DNA of 45,038 bases from a virus (taxonomy: Duplodnaviria > Heunggongvirae > Uroviricota > Caudoviricetes), in the IMG/VR virus record IMGVR_UViG_651053023_000003, positions 1-45,038 of that record; one strand, given 5' to 3'. This document shows, piece after piece, positions 38,971 to 45,038 of the stretch (positions are counted from its first letter, which is position 1; every line of letters starts with the position of its first letter). Position numbers and translations under genes: made by a program. The notes under the pieces are model-generated. The model saw only the letters and a program-made list of their open reading frames with translations. It was not told the DNA's origin and ran no database searches.

Positions 38971-39300
38971 TTAGTCATCCATGGATGGATTGAGCTTATC
39001 TCGTGTTGATGTGGCAATTTTACCAACATTTTTCAACCAAGATTTTAAGAAGGATATGTCGTCCTTAATATCATGAATATCCTCATTCTTTATACGATCA
39101 ACCTTATCCTCTAGGCTCTCTATAGAACGCTCAATGCTAGACAGAGAGATTTTTAAGTCTCCTTGCTCACGTTCCAGTGAGGATTTGAGAGCACAATATT
39201 CGTTTTCTAGAATTCCTATTTTTTTTGTTAGAGAGTGCATTCGATACTCATACACCAAACTAGAAACGACTAATGCAGCCAACAGAAACCATTCAAGCAC
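38971..39300 (-). CDS. Hypothetical membrane-anchored coiled-coil protein (accessory gene)
   Basis: 109 aa from a GTG start with AAGGAGG Shine-Dalgarno; N-terminal transmembrane segment LEWFLLAALVVSSLVY; convergent with the gp16-like gene; AT-rich. Confidence 0.55.
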   Translation of the reverse strand: MLEWFLLAALVVSSLVYEYRMHSLTKKIGILENEYCALKSSLEREQGDLKISLSSIERSIESLEDKVDRIKNEDIHDIKDDISFLKSWLKNVGKIATSTRDKLNPSMDD

Positions 39301-39668
39301 ACCAACCTCCTTAGTTTTGCGCAGGATACCAGATGATACTTTATTGGTGGAGTGGTGTGTGAAAACGTGTCAACGACAAACCATCCACAACTTGGGCGAA
39401 TGATTTAGCAAAAAGTGCTATTTTTGGTGTTTGGTGTCATAGAAAAGTGAATAGCTCACTTTTCAACATTGCATGAAACTTGCAGGAAATGTGACATTAC
39501 CTTATAGGTAACTTCGGCGAAAATGCAGTAAATGTGAAATGTAATGATTTAAACGTGTCGATAAAGTGGTTGTAAGTTAGCCTCTGAAGGATTGATGACA
39601 GCTTTGTTATGGTATTAAATGCAACTTGACACAGTTGTATACATAGCTGCGGCTATCAAGATGGAGGT

Positions 39669-40118
39669 ATGTTTATGCTCACTTGTTTTGATGTCGCCGA
39701 CTACTTCTTGGCGCATTGCGATGAAGAAAGTGGCGACATTATCTCTAACCTAAAAATTCAGAAGTTGACGTATTATGCCCAAGGGTTTTCTCTGGTTCTT
39801 CTGGGTAAGCCGCTATTTAATGAGAAAATTGAAGCCTGGATGCATGGGCCAGTAGTTCCTGAATTGTATCGTAAATATAGGGACTGTGGTAACGGAGCTT
39901 TACCTGCGCCAGAAAACTTTGACGCTAAAAAATTCAGTGAAGATGAAATTGAATTGCTGGATGAGGTGTATAAAGTTTATGGTCAGTTTTCTGCCTGGAA
40001 ACTGCGCAATATGACTCACGAAGAGCAGCCATGGAAAGATGCTTACATTGAGGGTGCGGTTAGCCAAGAAATCACACTTGATTCTATGAAAGGTTTTTTC
40101 AAAACGTTAATTAACTGA
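39669..40118 (+). CDS. Panacea-domain (DUF4065, GepA/SocA-like) protein; candidate PanA-type antitoxin
   Basis: 149 aa; motifs ...KIQKLTYYAQGFSLVLLGKPLFNEKIEAWMHGPVVPELY... typical of DUF4065 from memory; GGAGG Shine-Dalgarno. Confidence 0.6.
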   Translation: MFMLTCFDVADYFLAHCDEESGDIISNLKIQKLTYYAQGFSLVLLGKPLFNEKIEAWMHGPVVPELYRKYRDCGNGALPAPENFDAKKFSEDEIELLDEVYKVYGQFSAWKLRNMTHEEQPWKDAYIEGAVSQEITLDSMKGFFKTLIN

Positions 40119-40123
40119 CGTGT

Positions 40124-40546
40124 ATGTCTAGAGTTAAGGGAAGAATAAAACAGAGGGATAAAGAGAGCTCTGCTACTGTTGGCCTCTCTATCCATCACGA
40201 ATCTCATGATGTAGACAAAAGTCCGCCTGTATTTTCTCTTAGATACCTACAAAAGGGGTATTGCCTAGATTGCTGCCAAAAGCATGAAAAGGCAGCATTT
40301 GCAGATAGGCTGTTCAGGTTAAGTCGGATGTCATGGGATGAGATACGAAAATCTGATAAACACGGGCTTGGGACGGAAAAAATTGCCAGAAACGCGATAA
40401 AAGCTCCGATTCCTAAGCATGTTACTCAAGATGTGGATTTCATTGCGTTCAGATTTTGCTCTAAGGCACCTATGGTTGGTTATAAGATAGGAGCCACTTT
40501 TTATGTCTTATGGCTCGACAGGGAGTTCAAGCTATACAAGCACTAA
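40124..40546 (+). CDS. Hypothetical protein, candidate toxin partner of the Panacea-domain protein
   Basis: 140-aa ORF starting 5 nt after the upstream stop; basic; C-terminus ...GATFYVLWLDREFKLYKH faintly RelE/ParE-like; followed by a terminator. Confidence 0.45.
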   Translation: MSRVKGRIKQRDKESSATVGLSIHHESHDVDKSPPVFSLRYLQKGYCLDCCQKHEKAAFADRLFRLSRMSWDEIRKSDKHGLGTEKIARNAIKAPIPKHVTQDVDFIAFRFCSKAPMVGYKIGATFYVLWLDREFKLYKH

Positions 40547-40548
40547 TA

Positions 40549-40576
40549 AAACCCACCGTCAGGTGGGTTTTTTTGT
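40549..40576 (+). terminator. Rho-independent terminator after the two-gene module
   Basis: AAACCCACC-GTCA-GGTGGGTTT stem-loop followed by TTTTTT. Confidence 0.8.
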
Positions 40577-40590
40577 TGGAGATAAAATGG

Positions 40591-40794
40591 TTAACCAAAT
40601 CGATCCTTAAAGCGTCTATCGCTGTTGCGTCTCTCCATTTTACTGTTGCAGTACGGACAAAGATGCTGTTTCTTTCCATCGATAGTCCATGTGAAGTACT
40701 TTTTCTTAAATCCAGCACCACAGATATCGCAACTTCTTGGTTTAAACATACTGGCTATGAAGATAAGAACAACAAATCCTATGATCCATTCCAT
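40591..40794 (-). CDS. Small membrane-anchored zinc-ribbon protein
   Basis: 67 aa; N-terminal transmembrane segment MEWIIGFVVLIFIASMF then CDICG...(16 aa)...CPYCN. Confidence 0.45.
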   Translation of the reverse strand: MEWIIGFVVLIFIASMFKPRSCDICGAGFKKKYFTWTIDGKKQHLCPYCNSKMERRNSDRRFKDRFG

Positions 40795-40935
40795 ATCATG
40801 TACCTGTTTTAACTTTATTTTTTGATTTTTAGGGATTAATCAGAAACTTTATCTTGCGATTAAGCAAAGCTACTAGCTAACAAAAGAGTGCGTATACAAT
40901 CAATCGTTTCACATCAACCTCAACAAGGAGAAATC

Positions 40936-41121
40936 ATGACCATAGAAGAACGCCTGAACAACATTGAGTTGAACCAAACCCTGCTTGACCAGCGACTTTC
41001 AGATCTTGAGCTTAAAGATCTGGATGCGCAAATATCAGAAGCAGAAGCCAAGCTCTCCAGCTTAAACCACCGCAAGAAGCAAATCCGCAACAGAATTACT
41101 CAGGGACGCGGAAGCCGTTGA
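40936..41121 (+). CDS. Hypothetical small coiled-coil protein
   Basis: 61-aa ORF from the ATG at 40936 with perfect AAGGAG Shine-Dalgarno. Confidence 0.45.
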   Translation: MTIEERLNNIELNQTLLDQRLSDLELKDLDAQISEAEAKLSSLNHRKKQIRNRITQGRGSR

Positions 41122-41130
41122 AATCATAGT

Positions 41131-41448
41131 CTATTTTTTCTCAGAGCTCATATTGTAATAGGTGGTATAAATAGAGATTGATTTCTGACATGCTTCAAGA
41201 AATTGCTGCGGAGTCATCCCGAGCCTTGCTTGCTCTGTAGTAAGGAATCTCTGTAAGAATTCATTCCCACCTGGCATGTTTGTAGATTCTTGGAATATTG
41301 CCATTTGTTTGATTGCACCACACATACCAGCCATTTTAGAAGCTATCATGAGGCCTTGTATTTCATCAAAACTGCTATCGTCTGATTTTGTTTCTGCGTT
41401 AGCTATGCTCGAGAGACACAGGAGCAATAGGATAGCGATACGTTTCAT
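41131..41448 (-). CDS. Hypothetical secreted/periplasmic protein co-transcribed with mnt
   Basis: 105 aa with Sec signal peptide MKRIAILLLLCLSSIANA; start overlaps the mnt stop (ATGA). Confidence 0.5.
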   Translation of the reverse strand: MKRIAILLLLCLSSIANAETKSDDSSFDEIQGLMIASKMAGMCGAIKQMAIFQESTNMPGGNEFLQRFLTTEQARLGMTPQQFLEACQKSISIYTTYYNMSSEKK

Positions 41449-41696
41449 TTTTCACCATTGCCATGCATACATTTTAACTTCTCAACATCATGCTCAAGCT
41501 CTATCAGTCGCGATGCTATAGTTGCAAGATCTAGTGCTTGAATGTGTTTGTTTTTTTCGGTCCATGCTTCAAGTGCTGCGACCATCTCAGCATTTAATGA
41601 ACGAGAATTAGCCTCAGCCAGTTCAATAAGACGTTCCTTTATCTCTACAGGAAGCCTCAGATTCACTTGAGGGTTTTTGTACTTACGATCAGACAT
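41445..41696 (-). CDS. mnt: Mnt-like ribbon-helix-helix repressor
   Basis: 83 aa (same length as P22 Mnt); N-terminal RHH-like NLRLPVEIKERLIELAEANSRSLNAEMVAAL; divergent from arc/ant. Confidence 0.7.
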   Translation of the reverse strand: MSDRKYKNPQVNLRLPVEIKERLIELAEANSRSLNAEMVAALEAWTEKNKHIQALDLATIASRLIELEHDVEKLKCMHGNGEK

Positions 41697-41800
41697 CGGC
41701 GCATCCTGAATAATTTTTTACCACAGGATATGTAGGTATCTATTGACTATCAATGCGTACCTAAATACTATGTATGCGTACCACATACAAAGGAGCAAAA

Positions 41801-41947
41801 ATGAAAGTTAAGACATTAAGGATGCCAGAATGGCTGGAAAAGGCTTTGGAGCAGTCCGCGAAAAAGGATGATCGGTCGTTCAGTAATGAGGTATTGAGGA
41901 GACTAAAGGAGTCAGTAGCTAAGGATGGAATTGTTTGTCCAGAATGA
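41801..41947 (+). CDS. arc: Arc-like ribbon-helix-helix repressor (below the ORF-track cutoff)
   Basis: 48-aa ORF read from sequence: MKVKTLRMPEWLEKALEQSAKKDDRSFSNEVLRRLKESVAKDGIVCPE; AAGGAG Shine-Dalgarno; immediately upstream of ant. Confidence 0.65.
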   Translation: MKVKTLRMPEWLEKALEQSAKKDDRSFSNEVLRRLKESVAKDGIVCPE

Positions 41948-42013
41948 GTAAAGCCCAAGCTATTGCGAGTAGCTCGGGCTTAAATCGCCAGTAAATTTTG
42001 AGGAAAAACTGAC

Positions 42014-42943
42014 ATGAAAAGTATAGCAACAGCAGTATCTACTATCAACGTGCCATTCCACGGCGCAGAGCTTTATGTCGTCAATCACAACGGTGAGCCG
42101 TACACCCCAATGAAACCTATCGTTGAAGGTATGGGTATGGATTGGGCTTCACAGTTTACGAAAATAAAGCAACGGTTTAAAACCTCCATTGTGAAAATCA
42201 CAATGCAGCTTCCTGGTGATGAACAGTGCCGTGAGATTATTTGTTTGGCACTTCGCAAACTTGCTGGCTGGCTGCAAACCATCAGCCCTAACAAAGTCCG
42301 CACTGAAATCCGCGACAAGGTAATCCAGTATCAGGAAGAGTGTGACGATGTGCTCTACGAATACTGGACTAAAGGCCATGTAGTTAACCCGCGCAAAGCT
42401 AAAAAGGCGTTGCCGGGTAAAATCACCACTGAACAGCAGGAAGCCATTAAACAACTCGTCATGAGTCGCGGTCAGTCTCTGCCAAAGGAAAAACAGGCGA
42501 AGGCAATGATTACCATGTGGTCGTCACTGAAATCTCATTTTGGGTGTTCATACAAAGAAATCAGCGATGAGCAGTTTACCGAAGCTCTGTCACTTGCAGC
42601 TCGCGTTCCGCTTGAAGGCGAGTTAATCGGCAAACAAGAGAAGAAAGCAAACGAGCTTTCTGCAAAAGAAGCAAACAGCCTTGTATGGTTATGGGATTAT
42701 GCCAACCGCTCACAGGCATTATTCCGCGAACTGTATCCGGCGCTAAAACAAATTCAATCGAACTATTCAGGCAGATGCTACGACTACGGTCATGAGTTCT
42801 CGTATGTTATCGGAATGGCGAGAGACGTTTTAATCAATCACACACGAGATGTTGATATTAATGAGCCAGACGGACCAACGAATCTTTCCGCATGGATGAG
42901 ACTTAAGAATAAAGAATTACCTCCTTCAGTACATAACTACTGA
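42014..42943 (+). CDS. ant: Antirepressor Ant
   Basis: 309-aa ORF downstream of arc, followed by a terminator; architecture as P22 immI. Confidence 0.7.
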   Translation: MKSIATAVSTINVPFHGAELYVVNHNGEPYTPMKPIVEGMGMDWASQFTKIKQRFKTSIVKITMQLPGDEQCREIICLALRKLAGWLQTISPNKVRTEIRDKVIQYQEECDDVLYEYWTKGHVVNPRKAKKALPGKITTEQQEAIKQLVMSRGQSLPKEKQAKAMITMWSSLKSHFGCSYKEISDEQFTEALSLAARVPLEGELIGKQEKKANELSAKEANSLVWLWDYANRSQALFRELYPALKQIQSNYSGRCYDYGHEFSYVIGMARDVLINHTRDVDINEPDGPTNLSAWMRLKNKELPPSVHNY

Positions 42944-42961
42944 CAGATAACCAACGCAACG

Positions 42962-42986
42962 ACCCAGCTTCGGCTGGGTTTTTTTA
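42962..42986 (+). terminator. Rho-independent terminator after ant
   Basis: ACCCAGC-TTCG-GCTGGGT stem-loop followed by TTTTTTT. Confidence 0.8.
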
Positions 42987-43043
42987 TGCCCAAAATTCAC
43001 CGTGGCCACGCTGCGGCGATTCATTGTATCTGGAGCAAATTAA

Positions 43044-45038
43044 ATGACAGACATTACAGCCAATGTGATCGTATCGATGCCTTCGCAACTTTTCACTATG
43101 GCGCGTTCTTTTAAAGCGGTTGCCAATGGCAAAATTTATATCGGTAAAATTGACACTGACCCGGTGAATCCTGAAAACCAGATTCAGGTTTATGTGGAAA
43201 ACGAAGACGGTTCTCACGTTCCTGTTTCGCAACCAATCATCATTAACGCTGCTGGTTATCCTGTATATAACGGACAGATTGCCAAATTCGTAACTGTGCA
43301 AGGCCATTCTATGGCTGTTTATGATGCGTACGGTGCGCAGCAGTTCTATTTTCCTAACGTCCTGAAGTATGACCCTGACCAATTAAGGCAAGAATTAGCT
43401 TCTGACAGAGGAGCAACATTATCATTAAGTCAGATAGCTACTTCTTACGGCCTTGATTTCTCGTTAGGCGGTGTATGGCGGGAGGGGGCGTTATCTAATG
43501 TTGATAACTGGTGGTGGTATAATAATAAAATCTACACCGGTGGTAGCGGCACTCTTCCGTCATCTCCTGCTTTGCCATGGTACGAAGTGACGGTAGCAGA
43601 TTATATTTCTGTTGCTCAATTTTTCCCCATTACTGGTGATCCAGCGGCAGATAACTCAGCTAGCTTTAATGCTGCTGCAGCAGTTGCTTTATCGGCAGGA
43701 AAGAGGCTGTTTGTCCCTGCAGGAACTTACTATGTTAAGTCACCAGTTGATTTAACAATAGGCACTGTTGACCTATTCGGGGATGGCGTTGAGAAGTCAT
43801 TCATTATTGCGGGGAGTGGGTTCACTGGAGAGACAGTTGTCAACATGTACTACGAAACTGACTCTATAAGACGTAGCACATCTATCTCTCACGTTACAGT
43901 TGATGGGAACAACATCGCCAACTATGCTTGCCGAATTCAATATGTTCACCTAGGAAGAACCCATAATTGTCGTTTCATCAATGGCGTGGTGGCGAACTTC
44001 TATACTATAAACGACTGGCTTAATACCTATGATTGCTGTTCTTTTGTTCCTGCGCCAAATCGCGGAGTTCACCTTGCTGGGGCTAACAACCGCGTAACGT
44101 TCAATAACTGTGGATTTGCATCAAATAAGGTCGGTGAATATGCCTTTTATGCTTCTGGTACTTCCCCTATTGAAGGTTTAAGCTTAATTGGATGTGACCT
44201 TGAGTTCGGCATTGGGCATGGCATGTACTTAAATACCCGAGTGACCAATATTGTTGGCGGGTACTATGGCGAAGCGATACAAGGCGATATCTTTACGGTT
44301 CCAGATGGAGTAGTAAAAATAAGCGGTGTAAATGCTTTTGTAGGATATTACAATGAGGGAGGAAGGTTTGTTGTTCTTGACAATGATGCTGTAGTTAAGG
44401 TTGATAGTTGCTGGATTGCAGATCAGGGCAACTTTAAACTTTCATTACTTGCATCAAGCACTGACAACAGGGCTCATGCTGTATTTACTAATTGTTATAT
44501 TGGTGCAACTGTGTCTGGCCCACAAGTTATGGAAGGAGATTGTTTAGGCAAGATTAATATGAGGACGTTTGCAGAAAGCAGAGCAATCCTTTATACAATG
44601 AACAATACTGGTAATACAGTAACCAGAAGCAGATACAACTCAATAGGAGCAAAAATAACCATTAATACCGTAACGACCCCTAGTTCTAACAAGCTATCAC
44701 TTAATACTAAGATAAAAGACAGAGGGTGGAAGGTTAACGACCGGGTATACTTAATTGTTACTTATGAGAGTAATGTTGATATAAATATTTATTTAAGCAG
44801 TTCGATATATGCTGCATCGGATGCAACGCTATTTGGAACTTTACCATCAACAAATGGTTCTTTATCTACGTGTTATATTGCTAATAATATTATTCCGGAA
44901 AATACATCTGAGATATTCGAGTTTTATGTAAATGGCGCTGGTGTTGGCGATTACTTTGCTATTCAGGATGTTACTCTTACAGACAGGTCATTCACTTTCA
45001 GTGGAACAACTATGACCACTTTTGCTAAGGCTGAATAA
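43044..45038 (+). CDS. Tailspike protein (P22 gp9-type N-terminal head-binding domain, divergent receptor-binding beta-helix domain)
   Basis: 664 aa; N-terminus [50 protein letters not shown]... parallels P22 tailspike residues ~1-120 from memory; rest differs; stop at window end. Confidence 0.85.
   Translation: MTDITANVIVSMPSQLFTMARSFKAVANGKIYIGKIDTDPVNPENQIQVYVENEDGSHVPVSQPIIINAAGYPVYNGQIAKFVTVQGHSMAVYDAYGAQQFYFPNVLKYDPDQLRQELASDRGATLSLSQIATSYGLDFSLGGVWREGALSNVDNWWWYNNKIYTGGSGTLPSSPALPWYEVTVADYISVAQFFPITGDPAADNSASFNAAAAVALSAGKRLFVPAGTYYVKSPVDLTIGTVDLFGDGVEKSFIIAGSGFTGETVVNMYYETDSIRRSTSISHVTVDGNNIANYACRIQYVHLGRTHNCRFINGVVANFYTINDWLNTYDCCSFVPAPNRGVHLAGANNRVTFNNCGFASNKVGEYAFYASGTSPIEGLSLIGCDLEFGIGHGMYLNTRVTNIVGGYYGEAIQGDIFTVPDGVVKISGVNAFVGYYNEGGRFVVLDNDAVVKVDSCWIADQGNFKLSLLASSTDNRAHAVFTNCYIGATVSGPQVMEGDCLGKINMRTFAESRAILYTMNNTGNTVTRSRYNSIGAKITINTVTTPSSNKLSLNTKIKDRGWKVNDRVYLIVTYESNVDINIYLSSSIYAASDATLFGTLPSTNGSLSTCYIANNIIPENTSEIFEFYVNGAGVGDYFAIQDVTLTDRSFTFSGTTMTTFAKAE

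Larger units (their letters stand above)
1331..45038. mobile_element. Lambdoid prophage (lambda/P22 mosaic), left end at attL, extends beyond window end
   Basis: Contiguous phage modules from int to tailspike; attR not in window. Confidence 0.9.

Noticed and set aside
42984-43382. 132-aa minus-strand ORF overlapping the tailspike start
   Set aside because: Antisense to the strongly supported tailspike N-terminal domain and the ant terminator; shadow ORF.

Overview
This window is the left ~44 kb of a lambdoid prophage integrated at the lambda attachment site next to ybhC (E. coli-type chromosome); it runs from attL to the tailspike gene and continues past the window end. All protein identifications are by eye from the six-frame translations and from memory of family sequences; no database search was run. 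The prophage is a mosaic: lambda-type int/xis, cIII/kil, N, CI/Cro/CII switch, nin region, Q and S/R lysis genes, joined to a P22-like replication pair and a P22-like packaging, head, ejection-protein and tailspike module. Two intact IS elements with perfect target-site duplications interrupt phage genes: IS10 in a sieB-like exclusion gene and an IS629-like element in the DnaB-type helicase gene, so the prophage is probably replication-defective. The most interesting candidate for an undescribed system is an AT-rich two-gene cassette with its own promoter and terminator sitting between cI and pL, exactly where lambda carries rexA-rexB. A second accessory island between the ejection-protein genes and mnt/arc/ant carries a Panacea (DUF4065)-like protein with a possible toxin partner, plus small membrane and secreted proteins. 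The nin region holds two HNH homing-endonuclease genes fused into the ends of ninB and ninG, a Lar-like anti-restriction gene and a Dam-type methyltransferase. No CRISPR array, tRNA or rRNA was seen.
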